A DNA stretch of 60,386 nucleotides from Cytophagales bacterium (GCA_038232695.1 JBBSNI010000001.1:1-60386), one strand, 5' to 3'; shown: positions 17,966 through 28,896, counted from the stretch's first letter. Notes: a model not told the origin generated them from the letters alone. A program made the numbers and translations.

Positions 17966-18832
17966 ATGGGTATACTCAAAATCATATCAAGACTTCCCTT
18001 CCCGGTATTGTATTTCACCTCTGATATACTTTATGGGTTGCTTTGGTATGTCATCCGGTACCGCAGGAATGTCGTGCTGCAAAACCTGCGCGGTTCGTTC
18101 CCGGAGAAAAGCGAGAAAGAAATCCGCCGGATCGCTAAAAAATTTTACCGCCACTTGTCCGATGTGGTGGTAGAAACGCTCAAAACCCTGACCCTGCCGG
18201 AAGCTTCTCTCGCCCGCCGGGTGCATATTCAGAACCGGGAAGTGGTAGAGCAATATTTCAGGCAGGGGCAATCGGTGGTGGTGGTTACGGCACACCAGGG
18301 CAATTGGGAATGGTTGCTGGTGTCTTGTAGCTTGCAGCTTCCCTTCCAGGTAGATGCCGTCTATATGAAGTTAGACAATGCATTCTTTGATCAACTCATG
18401 AAGAAGATACGCAGCCGCTTTGGTACCTACCTGGTAGAAAAGCAAGTGTCCTTCCGGGAAATCGTCCGGCGCAAGCCATTGGTCAGGATCATAGCGATGG
18501 TGGCTGATCAAAGTTTTTTTAAAATGAATTACGTGTATTGGACTACTTTTCTGCACCAGGAGACGGGCTTTTACAGCGGATCGGAGCGCATTGCACATAA
18601 GACTGATATGCCGGTCATTTTTGTCTCTATGCACCGGCAGCGGCGGGGTTTTTACCAAATCCGTTTTCAGGAACTGGATAAGCCTCCGTTTCATCCGCAG
18701 CCTCATTATATAACGGAACAATACGTCAGGGCAGTGGAAGATGCTATTCACCAGTATCCTGAACAATGGCTATGGTCGCACAAGCGGTGGAAAAGAAAGC
18801 GGAAGACAAGTAAAGCGTCTGTGAAAGAGTAA
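17966..18832 (+). CDS. Lipid A late acyltransferase (LpxL/HtrB family)
   Basis: AHQGNWE, MVADQ, PEQWLWSHKRWK. Confidence 0.88.
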   Translation: MGILKIISRLPFPVLYFTSDILYGLLWYVIRYRRNVVLQNLRGSFPEKSEKEIRRIAKKFYRHLSDVVVETLKTLTLPEASLARRVHIQNREVVEQYFRQGQSVVVVTAHQGNWEWLLVSCSLQLPFQVDAVYMKLDNAFFDQLMKKIRSRFGTYLVEKQVSFREIVRRKPLVRIIAMVADQSFFKMNYVYWTTFLHQETGFYSGSERIAHKTDMPVIFVSMHRQRRGFYQIRFQELDKPPFHPQPHYITEQYVRAVEDAIHQYPEQWLWSHKRWKRKRKTSKASVKE

Positions 18833-19288
18833 AACTTTTTGCTGGAAAACATACACAAAGCTTTGGGTTTTCGTGCCTTTTGGGACTATTTTTTCTTTTA
18901 AGAGACACACGTTCTATATAATTATATTTATATGAATTGTAATAAAATAAATAAAAATCGCAACTCTTTTTTGTCTTTTCATTTTTTGCAAAGAAACTTA
19001 CAGGCGACAGTCGCTTTGTAACATAGATCGCCAATCCGTTTTTTTATGAGATGAGGATAAAAGCATGGAAGGGAAGTAAAAAACCAGCCCAAACTTCAAA
19101 AATATCACATAGAGAATATAACGATAAAGGCTTAGGCATTGATTATCATTTTTATGCCTATCTTCGGTAATTCTTGCATATGTTTATCTGGTTCTTATTA
19201 TTAATAGTCCATTTTATGCTATAAATTTCTTCTACTCAAAACTTGTTATTGTACTACCATCTATCCTATAAACCTAAATTTAAACTTT

Positions 19289-20407
19289 ATGAAAAATTAT
19301 ACAATGACAATTTCAACACATTTACAAACGCTTACCCTGGCAGGCAAGCTGATCTCTGACAATAAAACTGAGGAAGCATGTGTCCTGCTGGACGAACTGC
19401 TCGGGCAATCAGAGTGCGACGACATCACCCGGCTCTGTGCGATGGCACTCAGAGAGCGTAGCCAGACAGATTTACCCATGTACCTGAGAGACTTAGAGGA
19501 AGAAGACAAACAAATCAACGTCTTTGACCTTGTCTTACAATCTGTTCCTCCTGTGCAGGTGGTCAGTTATACGGCACTGAACACCATGATAGAACTTTAC
19601 AGCAGCGGCGTTTCCTCCTTTACCCACCTGAACATTGGCATTGGCAAAGGTCGCTTCGAGATGAAGATGCTACAGGAACTCTCCAAGCTGAGCCCGGAGC
19701 AGATGCCGCGTTTGATCAAGATCATTGGTATTGACATTGATACCGCTTCGCTGCGCGAAACGGGAGAAGCCATCCAGCACCTGGCTAATACATTGTTCCC
19801 GGCGACTACCAAGATAGAATATACGCCGGTGTTTGCTTTTGCCGAAGCCATCACGCCCGGCACCTGGGCAGAAATTCAGAACCATGATACGGATTTGTTG
19901 GGCGTTGTCTCTGCCTTCACACTGCATCATATTCCTACGCTGGAGCTACGGCAGGAGGTGCTGCAAAAGATCGCTGCCTGCGACCCCACGCTTTTTATGT
20001 TGCTGGAACCGGATGTAGATCACTTTACCCCCGACCTGTCGGAGCGACTGGTCAACTGCTGGAACCTGTTTGGCACTATCTTCAAGCTGGTAGACCAGAA
20101 CGGGCTACAGGAAAAAGAAGCCAAAGCCATCAAATACAAGTTTTTCGGGCGTGAGATTGAAGATATTCTGGGTAATGAAGAAGATAAACGTTCTGAAAAA
20201 CACGAGGAGGCCGATGTCTGGGCGGGTCGTCTCAAAACAGCAGGCTTCAACCTGCATCACCTGGTACGGTATAGAGAAGGCGCAGCAGTGATACCGCAAG
20301 ATACGCAGACGCTAAAAGTCTCGCATAATGCCGAGCAAAAGTTTACCACCACCGAATACGAAGGCATACCGATGGTCGCTATGTTTACTGCCAGTCGGCA
20401 GCTTTAA
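19289..20407 (+). CDS. Bacterial GRAS-family protein (Rossmann methyltransferase-like fold)
   Basis: VHIID-like THLNIGIGKG, IKIIGID, AFTLHHI, LLEPDVDH, and SAW-region FFGREIEDIL..RSEKHE..WAGRLKTAGF. Confidence 0.75.
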   Translation: MKNYTMTISTHLQTLTLAGKLISDNKTEEACVLLDELLGQSECDDITRLCAMALRERSQTDLPMYLRDLEEEDKQINVFDLVLQSVPPVQVVSYTALNTMIELYSSGVSSFTHLNIGIGKGRFEMKMLQELSKLSPEQMPRLIKIIGIDIDTASLRETGEAIQHLANTLFPATTKIEYTPVFAFAEAITPGTWAEIQNHDTDLLGVVSAFTLHHIPTLELRQEVLQKIAACDPTLFMLLEPDVDHFTPDLSERLVNCWNLFGTIFKLVDQNGLQEKEAKAIKYKFFGREIEDILGNEEDKRSEKHEEADVWAGRLKTAGFNLHHLVRYREGAAVIPQDTQTLKVSHNAEQKFTTTEYEGIPMVAMFTASRQL

Positions 20408-20426
20408 TACTTGGTAAAAGGAATCA

Positions 20427-20467
20427 AAACGCTATCTGTTTGCGCAAGCAAAGGATAGCGTTTTTTT
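20427..20467. terminator. Bidirectional terminator
   Basis: aaaacgctatc...gatagcgttttttt between convergent genes. Confidence 0.7.
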
Positions 20468-20471
20468 ATGG

Positions 20472-20864
20472 CTATTTCACTTCCGACAACCAGGTTTTGG
20501 CGTCATTGAGCTGGTCAAAATAGCGGATGGTAACAGACTTGCCGGCTTCTGTTTTGTAATTGTCAACAGAAAGTTGGGTAAAGACGCTGCTGGGCACAAT
20601 AAAAGCCATATACCTGAGTCCCTGTTTGACCATCGCAGGCGTCACTTCTTTGGCAACCCAATCGGTATCTTCCTTTTTGATCAACGAAAGATTTTTGGTG
20701 TCGCTGATGATCTTGTCTACTTTTTTCTGCTTAAAAAACTCCAGCGATTTGTTGATGCCTTCCCGGAACTCTCCTGATTTGGCAAAACCCTTCCAATACT
20801 GTACGATGCATTGCAAAGCTTCATCATACTCCAGGATCAAATAAGGTTTTTCTATTAATATCAT
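20472..20864 (-). CDS. STAS/SEC14 (SpoIIAA-like) domain small protein
   Basis: YWKGF...KIISDT...DWV...GLRYMAFIVPSSVF...RYFD..DAKTWL pattern. Confidence 0.6.
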   Translation of the reverse strand: MILIEKPYLILEYDEALQCIVQYWKGFAKSGEFREGINKSLEFFKQKKVDKIISDTKNLSLIKKEDTDWVAKEVTPAMVKQGLRYMAFIVPSSVFTQLSVDNYKTEAGKSVTIRYFDQLNDAKTWLSEVK

Positions 20865-21008
20865 ATCCAGATTGGTTAAATAAAAAGTATGTTTACTCAA
20901 AAATAAATGTTGCCAAAAGTCCGGCGGGAAAATATAGAATAAAAACGCTTATACAAAAAAGATAGGGTATGTAAGTTATTATCAAAAATATGATTTTGCA
21001 GACACTCC

Positions 21009-22274
21009 TTATAAAATCCGTTCTAATCTGAATTTTTTCTTCATTCTTCTACCATTACGCATAATTCTTACCTTGATGCGCCTGCCGGAACGGGAACTGA
21101 CCAGGTTGCTGTAGGTAGCCAAGGTAAGTTCGGGAAATACCGCCCCGTTGATCGATAAGATTGTATCTCCTTCCTGAATACCGGCTCTCTGGGCAGGCGA
21201 ATCGTCCGCTATTTTGCTTACGATATACGTTTCGAGCAATGCCCCGACGGCAATCAAATCCATACCGCTCATGTTGTATTCAAAATCTTTTTTGAACAGG
21301 CGGTTTTTTTTGATATACATCACTTCATTGGCATAATCAAAAATAATCCTAAAACGCTTTAGTACCGACCCTCCGATATTGCCATTATTGTTAAAACGTG
21401 CAGTAAGTTCCTTGGTCAGGTCATTTTCTTCCGGGAAAGAAGCAATAATGCCTTCCAGGGTATATTTGTTGATCTTGAGCTCCGGCACACGCCCCATATG
21501 TCCGTAAATCTCACCGCTAAGTCCACGCCCCAAGTAGCCGGATAGGTGTTTGTCGGGCACTTTAAGTTGGGGGTGAGAAGCCGTGTTCAGCAACAGGGAA
21601 TGGCTCGCGCCCGTGTCTATCATCAGTTTCAGATCAATATAAGTTGTATCATTGATCTTGAATTTGGCATGGTTGATATAAGGCTTGGTATCTTCTATGG
21701 TGATCGGGACAGCCTTGTAAGATCGCCTGGGCTTGAAGTGTTCCGGTCTGTGCAGTATAATATGATGGTTAATGTAGTCTATTTCCACGACAAACCGGCT
21801 GAATATTTCATAACCCAAAATGCCATGCACCCGCGTACCCAGGTAGCTGTCTAACATCAGGTAATCTTCTTTGAGTACCAGCATAGCATTGCCATCGGCG
21901 CTGGCGCCCGGAAGGTCAAGGCTGATGCCGTTGCTCACATAGGCGCTGACCTGCCCGGCATTGCCCGCGCCCATCAGGCTGATGACCCGGTCGTTTTTGG
22001 CAGGTACCCCATCCACATAGATCTGATTGGTCAGGATGGCTGTTCTGACGCCGGTATCTACAATGAATTTAAGTTCTTCTCCATCGTTTACTTTCACCGG
22101 CACAACGATCAGGTTGCTGTGCAGCTCGAAAGGGATGGCTACCCTTTTGGCTCTTTTGTTGGTCAGCCTGAACCCATAGAATTGCGCAACCGCCGGAAGA
22201 CAGAAGATAAACAGTGCCAGGAAAGTAGCCAGCAAAAGGCGAACTATCCGGAAGTTCCAGACAAACACACACAT
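21009..22274 (-). CDS. Aspartyl protease (two retropepsin-like domains) + PDZ protein
   Basis: FIVDTG and MIDTGA catalytic motifs; SPAQRAGIQEGDTILSING PDZ; start uncertain (ORF to 22355). Confidence 0.85.
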   Translation of the reverse strand: MCVFVWNFRIVRLLLATFLALFIFCLPAVAQFYGFRLTNKRAKRVAIPFELHSNLIVVPVKVNDGEELKFIVDTGVRTAILTNQIYVDGVPAKNDRVISLMGAGNAGQVSAYVSNGISLDLPGASADGNAMLVLKEDYLMLDSYLGTRVHGILGYEIFSRFVVEIDYINHHIILHRPEHFKPRRSYKAVPITIEDTKPYINHAKFKINDTTYIDLKLMIDTGASHSLLLNTASHPQLKVPDKHLSGYLGRGLSGEIYGHMGRVPELKINKYTLEGIIASFPEENDLTKELTARFNNNGNIGGSVLKRFRIIFDYANEVMYIKKNRLFKKDFEYNMSGMDLIAVGALLETYIVSKIADDSPAQRAGIQEGDTILSINGAVFPELTLATYSNLVSSRSGRRIKVRIMRNGRRMKKKFRLERIL

Positions 22275-22415
22275 ACGTCGCTGCTTTAGTATACCAATTA
22301 CTTCATATTCGCTATTTGATGTAATAATCGATAACGCTTTTGGCAATTTAATCATTTACCATTCAAAATCTTTTGATAGCTTTACTTCTTTTTTTATGGT
22401 TTCTGATCATAGCAG

Positions 22416-23000
22416 ATGTCAACCTTTTCTCTTTACTTCAACCTGGGGCTTACGCATATCCTGGACATCCGGGGTTACGACCATATTTTATTCGTCATCG
22501 CGCTGTGCGCCTTGTATTTGCTCCGCGACTGGCGGAAAGTGCTTATTATTGTAACGGCTTTTACCATAGGTCATTCTATTACGCTGGCACTTTCTACCTT
22601 ACATATACTGCGTATAAACCCTGCGTTTGTTGAGTTTCTCATTCCGGTCACTATTTTTATTACCGCTTTGAGCAACATATTTAAAAAGCAGGATCATTTT
22701 GAAGCAACGCACATGCAACTTAACTACGCTTTTGCCTTATTCTTCGGCTTAATTCATGGGTTGGGCTTCTCTTACTACCTGCGCAGCCTGCTGGGAAAAG
22801 ACCAGTCTATTGTCATGCAACTGCTGGCTTTCAACCTGGGACTGGAGCTTGGGCAAATCATTGTGGTTGCCGGATTTTTGATCATTTCCTTTATCTTTGT
22901 TACCTTGCTGAGCGTGTCGCGGAGGGACTGGAAACTGGTTATTTCTTCTGCTATCGCGGGTGTCGCTTTAACGCTGATGATAGACACTAAGTTCTGGTAG
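22416..23000 (+). CDS. HupE/UreJ family membrane protein
   Basis: GYDHILF, TAFTIGHSITL, FGLIHGLGF, FNLGLELGQ. Confidence 0.88.
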   Translation: MSTFSLYFNLGLTHILDIRGYDHILFVIALCALYLLRDWRKVLIIVTAFTIGHSITLALSTLHILRINPAFVEFLIPVTIFITALSNIFKKQDHFEATHMQLNYAFALFFGLIHGLGFSYYLRSLLGKDQSIVMQLLAFNLGLELGQIIVVAGFLIISFIFVTLLSVSRRDWKLVISSAIAGVALTLMIDTKFW

Positions 23001-23043
23001 TAGTAGATAAGCTTTGGTGGCTGCTGTGCAAAAGTTATAGCCA

Positions 23044-23529
23044 ATGATAAAAACAATATTAGCTGGTCTGATCTACCAGCCGCGGGGATTTAAAGATAAT
23101 TTTGATGCTCCAAATGGCGAAAAAGCCACATTTAAATACAATTACAATTATGTATCTGTTCCGGTAAAAATAGGTTTCGCTAATGTTAATATAGAAAATA
23201 ACACAATGGGTTTTGTAAAAGTAGGGCTTATTCCTGCGCTACTTGTTAATGCAAAAGCAACAATACCAGTATCTGTATTTGACACGGCTAATGTTACAGG
23301 AACACAAACCATTGATTTTACTGATGTAGTATCAAAATTTGACTTGGCTGGTGTTATTGAAGCAGGCGGCGGTTCTAAAGTAACAGACAGACTTTGGTTA
23401 ACCGTATCCGTAATGTATCAACATAGCCTTACCTCCATCACAAAGGCTGAATTTGCTGGAGATGGTAAGACAAGACATAATGGAATAACTTTACAGGCAG
23501 GACTGAAATGGGCGATGAAGAAAGAATGA
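23044..23529 (+). pseudogene. Outer-membrane beta-barrel (PorT/porin-family) protein, N-terminally truncated or internally deleted
   Basis: YNYVSVPVKIG, KFDLAGVIEAGG, YQHSLT, GITLQAGLKW; lacks a full signal peptide and the first strands. Confidence 0.5.
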
Positions 23530-23632
23530 ATATCTGCTTCAGTTTTGCAAATAATATTTTAAAAAAACTTTAATAACCCAAAAAACATTTTTGCTATTTT
23601 ACTAATTACACCCACATTATTTTTACCATAAA

Positions 23633-25978
23633 ATGATTATGAAATATTATCTGCCTATCCTATGTTTTACTGCTTTCAGCCTGGCCGCTTACGCCCAGCA
23701 AGGTAAAGCCACTGATAAATTTGAACAATTGGGTACCATGCTGCCTACGCCCAATGTATACCGCGCCGGCTCAGGCGCTCCGGGGCACGAATACTGGCAG
23801 CAACGTGCCGACTATAAGATCCAGTGCGAGCTTAATGATGAGAACCAGCGCGTGACCGGCTCTGAAACCATCACATATTACAACAACTCGCCCGACGTGC
23901 TGCAATATCTCTGGGTGCAACTGGATCAGAACATGCGCGCCAAAGATTCCGATACGTACAAGACCAATACCAACAGCATCGCCGATAAGATGAATGTAGA
24001 CAACCTGCGGGAGATCATCGGCTATGATTTTGATGGCGGGCATAAGATACAGGCGGTCAAAGATGCTAAAGGTGGAGATTTACCCTATACGATCAACCGT
24101 ACCATGATGCGGGTAGATATGCCGCAGCCCCTGAAGCCCGGCGAAAAATATGTCTTCTCGGTAGACTGGTACTACAACGTCAACGACCGTATGCTGATGG
24201 GCGGCCGTGGCGGCTATGAACTTTTTCCTGAAGATGGCAACTATTTGTATACCATCACCCAATGGTTCCCACGCATGGCGGTGTACGACGACCACAGCGG
24301 CTGGCAGCACAAGCAATTCCTCGGCAGAGGCGAGTTTGCGCTTACCTTCGGCAATTACGAGGTAGCCATTACTGTTCCTTCAGACCATATCGTAGCGGCT
24401 ACCGGCACCCTGCAAAACACGGAAAAAGTGTTGACACAGACACAGACAAGCTTACTGGAAAAGTCTAAAACGGCTGACAAGCCCGTCGTGATCGTAAGCC
24501 AGCAAGAAGCCGCTAAGAAGGAAAAACAAAAAGCTAAGGATACCAAAACCTGGATTTTTCACGCTGATAGCGTCAGGGATTTTGCCTTTGGCAGTTCCCG
24601 TAAATTTATCTGGGATGCAATGGGCGTTGATATAGACGGGCGTACCGTCATGGCGATGTCTTACTATCCAAAAGAAGCCAATCCGCTGTGGGGACAGTAT
24701 TCTACCGAAGTAGTCGCTCATACGCTCAAGACGTATTCCAAACATACCATTCCCTATCCTTACCCCAAAGCGATCTCGGTAGAAGCTTCCAACGGGATGG
24801 AATACCCCATGATCTGCTTCAACTACGGACGTCCTGCGGCAGACGGCACGTACTCCGAGCGCGTCAAATACGGTATGATCGGCGTGATCATCCACGAAGT
24901 AGGCCACAACTTTTTTCCGATGATCGTCAACTCCGACGAGCGCCAGTGGACGTGGATGGATGAAGGGCTGAATACTTTTGTGCAATACCTCACCGAGCAG
25001 GAATGGGACCGGAATTATCCCTCGCGTCGCGGACCGGCTTACCAGATCGTACCTTATATGAGTGGCGACAAGTCGCAGATCAGCCCGATCATGAGCAACT
25101 CTGAGCAGATACAACAGTTTGGCTGGAACGCCTACGCCAAACCGGCAACTGCGCTGAATATACTGCGCGAGACTGTCATGGGACGCGATTTGTTCGATTA
25201 TTCTTTTAAGACCTATGCACAACGCTGGGCATTCAAGCATCCCGAACCCGGCGACTTTTTCCGGACGATGGAGGACGCTTCAGGCACCGATCTGGACTGG
25301 TTCTGGAGAGGATGGTTTTATACGGTAGACCACGTAGATATCGGCATAGACCAGGTAAGATACTATCAGATCAATACTCAGAACCCGCGCGTAGAAAACC
25401 CTATTGCCAGACAAAAGTTTGAAGAGTCTCAAAAGCATATCAGTCAGGTGTATAATGAAAAAGACGTGGCTCAAAGTGCTATAGAAGCCGACCCTGAGCT
25501 AAAAGACTTTTACAACACCTATGATCCTTTTGCTATTGCCGATGAAGATGTTGAATCCTACGAAAAATTTGTGGCCAGCCTGGACGAAAAAGAGAAAGCC
25601 TTGCTCAAGTCCGGCATGAACTTTTATGAAATTACTTTCAACAACGTAGGCGGGCTGGTCATGCCCGTTATCATCGGCTGGACTTATGAGGATGGCACCA
25701 CCGAAGTAGAGCGTATTCCGGCGGAAATATGGCGTCTGAATGCAGAAAAAATAGTGAAAGTATTTCCTAAAGAAAAGAAAGTAAAGCAGGTCGTCATAGA
25801 CCCTTACCGCGAGACGGCGGACACTGACGAAAGTAATAATTATTACCCCAAAAGAGATGTGCCTACCCGCTTTGAGATTTTCAAGGAAGAGATCAACGCC
25901 CGGGGCACATCCGGCGAAAACCCTATGCAAAAAAAGAAGAAAAAGAAACAGGATAACGCTATAGGCGGCAATGAATAA
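23633..25978 (+). CDS. M1-family metalloaminopeptidase
   Basis: GMEYP, HEVGH...WMDEG; signal peptide. Confidence 0.92.
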   Translation: MIMKYYLPILCFTAFSLAAYAQQGKATDKFEQLGTMLPTPNVYRAGSGAPGHEYWQQRADYKIQCELNDENQRVTGSETITYYNNSPDVLQYLWVQLDQNMRAKDSDTYKTNTNSIADKMNVDNLREIIGYDFDGGHKIQAVKDAKGGDLPYTINRTMMRVDMPQPLKPGEKYVFSVDWYYNVNDRMLMGGRGGYELFPEDGNYLYTITQWFPRMAVYDDHSGWQHKQFLGRGEFALTFGNYEVAITVPSDHIVAATGTLQNTEKVLTQTQTSLLEKSKTADKPVVIVSQQEAAKKEKQKAKDTKTWIFHADSVRDFAFGSSRKFIWDAMGVDIDGRTVMAMSYYPKEANPLWGQYSTEVVAHTLKTYSKHTIPYPYPKAISVEASNGMEYPMICFNYGRPAADGTYSERVKYGMIGVIIHEVGHNFFPMIVNSDERQWTWMDEGLNTFVQYLTEQEWDRNYPSRRGPAYQIVPYMSGDKSQISPIMSNSEQIQQFGWNAYAKPATALNILRETVMGRDLFDYSFKTYAQRWAFKHPEPGDFFRTMEDASGTDLDWFWRGWFYTVDHVDIGIDQVRYYQINTQNPRVENPIARQKFEESQKHISQVYNEKDVAQSAIEADPELKDFYNTYDPFAIADEDVESYEKFVASLDEKEKALLKSGMNFYEITFNNVGGLVMPVIIGWTYEDGTTEVERIPAEIWRLNAEKIVKVFPKEKKVKQVVIDPYRETADTDESNNYYPKRDVPTRFEIFKEEINARGTSGENPMQKKKKKKQDNAIGGNE

Positions 25979-26016
25979 AAAATTATCCTGTAAGATGCTT
26001 TGAAAATAAGTGCCAC

Positions 26017-26634
26017 TTAATTTTTTATACCATACGCTTTTTCACCCACTTTGATAGGAACAGCCAGCACATTTTCCTTGGGGGGCAGCGGGCAGCTATA
26101 CGCCGGATTATAAGCGCAGTAAGGGTTATAAGCTAAGTTAAAGTCAAGTTCCAGCGTTTTTTGTCCGGTGCGGGAGGGCATCTCTACGTTCAGGTAGCGA
26201 CCACCTCCGTAGGTTTCTTCCCCGCTGGTGGCATCGGCAAAAGCGACAAAAAGCTCCGTCTGGCTGTCAAAGGGTTGCAACACCAGCAGTTTGTTTTCTA
26301 TACCGTCCAGCGTAAATGTCGCATACCCGTAGCGTATGTATTTTTCTTCCTCACCGGTTGTGGTGGGCAAAGTCAGTAGTTTTTGCTGCTGAACAGGCTC
26401 CAACCTGGCCTTTATTCTATATTTGGGATCGGCAGGATAATAGCGAAGCCCTTCGAAGGGAATACTGTCGGGTGCGAAAGGAGAGGTTTCCGAGCGTTGC
26501 ATAAAACGGGTAGTCTTGTCTCGTTCTGCCTGGATTCTTTCCAGGTAATCTTCCCCGCTTTCGCCGCCCTGGGTTGCATAAATGACCGCAACGGCCATCA
26601 CAACAAGTATAGCGGCAGGAAATAGCTTTCTCAT
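26017..26634 (-). CDS. DUF1684 family protein
   Basis: F.DATSGEETYGGGRYL, LDFNLAYNPYCAYN..YSCPLPP.EN. Confidence 0.88.
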   Translation of the reverse strand: MRKLFPAAILVVMAVAVIYATQGGESGEDYLERIQAERDKTTRFMQRSETSPFAPDSIPFEGLRYYPADPKYRIKARLEPVQQQKLLTLPTTTGEEEKYIRYGYATFTLDGIENKLLVLQPFDSQTELFVAFADATSGEETYGGGRYLNVEMPSRTGQKTLELDFNLAYNPYCAYNPAYSCPLPPKENVLAVPIKVGEKAYGIKN

Positions 26635-26875
26635 AAAAATTGACGCTTGATTTTTTTAAACGGCGTAGTGTCCTCCATCTGTCAGACCCTTAACATAAAG
26701 ACCATATAGCCTTGTTCATTTGGTTTCTTATAAGCCTGATCTTTATTAGAAATAATAGAGAATTTTTGTGAAAACTGAGGCAGGATACACTTTTTTTGAT
26801 AAATTGACTACACAAGCCAAATTGTCTGGCAGCACCCGGTAAGGGTTCGGGTTAACATACACTTTACACCTAATC

Positions 26876-27727
26876 ATGATGAAATACTTTTTCTGTTTCT
26901 CTTTCACTTTCCTATCCGTTTGCTTCGCCCAAGCGCAGGACAATATCACCATGTGCGGTACTACCAACAGTGCAACGGCTACCTTCGCCCAGTTTGCCAG
27001 CGAGACCAGTTTTCGTAACCTGCACCCGCTGCCCGGTGCTTACCAACATACCCATGCCAAAGGAAAAGAAATCACTTTTACGACGCCCGACGGCAAAGAA
27101 GGCACGGCTTATTTTATCAAAGCTAAGAACAACTCAGACCAATACCTGCTGGTCATTCACGAATGGTGGGGGCTCAACGAACACATCAAAAAAGAATCTG
27201 ACAGGCTATTTGCCGAGCTAAGCGATGTCAATGTGATGGCACTGGACTTGTACGACGGACAGGTAGCCACCACGCGCGAAGAGGCAGGCAAGCTGGTGCA
27301 ATCAGTTAAAGAAGAGCGCGCCCAAGCAATCATCAACGGAGCCATTGGTTATGCAGGCAAAGGGGCAGCAATCGCTACCATCGGCTGGTGCTTTGGGGGC
27401 GGCTGGTCGCTGCAAGCGACCATCCTGGCAGGCGAACAGTCCGCAGGCTGCGTCATGTACTACGGAATGCCGGTCAAGGAAATGGAAGAAATCAAACAGA
27501 TCAAAGCGGATGTGTTGGGTATCTTCGCCGCTCAGGATGAACGAATCACCCCGGAAGTTGCCAAAGACTTTGAAAACAAAATGGAAGCGGCCGACAAAAA
27601 TATAGAGATTAAGATTTTTGACGCCGGTCATGGCTTTGCCAACCCAAGCGGATCGCAATACAATAAAGCGGCAGCCCAGGAAGCCAACAAACTGGCTTTA
27701 GCCTTTTTAAAGAAGCATTTGCCATAA
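26876..27727 (+). CDS. Dienelactone hydrolase family protein
   Basis: HEWWGLN, GWCFGG, AGHGFANP. Confidence 0.9.
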   Translation: MMKYFFCFSFTFLSVCFAQAQDNITMCGTTNSATATFAQFASETSFRNLHPLPGAYQHTHAKGKEITFTTPDGKEGTAYFIKAKNNSDQYLLVIHEWWGLNEHIKKESDRLFAELSDVNVMALDLYDGQVATTREEAGKLVQSVKEERAQAIINGAIGYAGKGAAIATIGWCFGGGWSLQATILAGEQSAGCVMYYGMPVKEMEEIKQIKADVLGIFAAQDERITPEVAKDFENKMEAADKNIEIKIFDAGHGFANPSGSQYNKAAAQEANKLALAFLKKHLP

Positions 27728-28426
27728 TTACAAAATCCCTTCATCAGCAAAGCTGAAATATGCCTGGTCTGTAAAAATAAGATGATCCAGTACAGGCAAA
27801 TCCAGCGTTTGTCCGGCTTCTTTGAGTTTTTTGGTCAAGCGAATATCGGCTTCGCTGGGTCTGAGGTTGCCCGAAGGATGGTTGTGTACCAGGATGATAG
27901 AACTGGCCAGTTTATCCAACGCTTCTTTGAAAATAGTTTTAGGGTCGGCTACCGTGCCTGAAAGCCCTCCCTGGCTTATGTTGTGTACCTTGATAATGGC
28001 ATTCGCCCTGTTGAGCAAAATGATCCAGAACTGCTCTACCGGCTGGTCCAGCAAATAAGGCTGCATCACGCGGTAAGCATCCCCGGCGCAGGTGATCTTC
28101 TCCCGCTTGACCGGCTCGCTCACCTTCCGGCGACGGCCCAACTCCAGCGCACTGACAATAGTAATAGCTTTGGCTTCTCCAATACCGTCAAACCGTTGCA
28201 GGTCTTTGACCGTCAGTTTGGCCAGTTCGTTCAGGTTGTTGTCTGCGCCTTTGAGAATGTCTTTGCCCACATCCACCGCACTTTTGTTGCGCGTACCGGA
28301 GCCGATCAGGATGGCGATCAGTTCGGCATCAGACAAAGCGGCCCGGCCTTTCAGCAACAGTTTTTCGCGCGGGCGGTCCTCTTCTGCCCAGCTCAAAATT
28401 CCTTTTTCTCTATGATATAATGGCAT
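27728..28426 (-). CDS. radC: RadC family JAB-domain protein
   Basis: DRPREKL, GIGEAKA, HNHPSG..PSEAD, LDHLI. Confidence 0.93.
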   Translation of the reverse strand: MPLYHREKGILSWAEEDRPREKLLLKGRAALSDAELIAILIGSGTRNKSAVDVGKDILKGADNNLNELAKLTVKDLQRFDGIGEAKAITIVSALELGRRRKVSEPVKREKITCAGDAYRVMQPYLLDQPVEQFWIILLNRANAIIKVHNISQGGLSGTVADPKTIFKEALDKLASSIILVHNHPSGNLRPSEADIRLTKKLKEAGQTLDLPVLDHLIFTDQAYFSFADEGIL

Positions 28427-28573
28427 TTTTCAGTGTTAAAGTGCGAAGGTGTTAGGGTATTGATGTGCTGAATGCCGCAATACTTTAACACATTAACACC
28501 CAGAGGGGCAAGTAAACAAAAAAGCCCTACACTTTTTCAGCATAGGGCTTGGTAAGGTCTTAGGTGTAAGAAA

Positions 28574-28828
28574 CTAAGCTAACTCGTTGACAAATTTGGT
28601 CAGTTTCGATTTCTTATGAGCGGCGTTGTTTTTGTGAATGACGTTTTTCTTAGCCAGTTTGTCCAGCATAGAAGACACTTCTTTGAGTAGCGTTTCGGCT
28701 TCCGCCTTGTCGGTAGTAGCTCTCAGACGCTTGATATTGGTACGGGCGGTTTTGGTGTAGTACCGGTTTCTTTGCCGTTTGGCTTCGTTGGCTTTGATTC
28801 TTTTTAATGCGGATTTGTGATTTGCCAT
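28574..28828 (-). CDS. rpsT: 30S ribosomal protein S20
   Basis: MANHKSALKRI...IHKNNAAHKKSKL. Confidence 0.97.
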   Translation of the reverse strand: MANHKSALKRIKANEAKRQRNRYYTKTARTNIKRLRATTDKAEAETLLKEVSSMLDKLAKKNVIHKNNAAHKKSKLTKFVNELA

Positions 28829-28896
28829 CTTTCCTGATAAATTTCTGTTCGTTGCTGTCAGTAACAGCTATTTGCTTTTTTTGGTTTAAAGAGCCG

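Noticed and set aside
27728-28426. radC as a mobile-element or anti-restriction marker
   Set aside because: It is the full-length chromosomal type with the N-terminal HhH region, next to rpsT.
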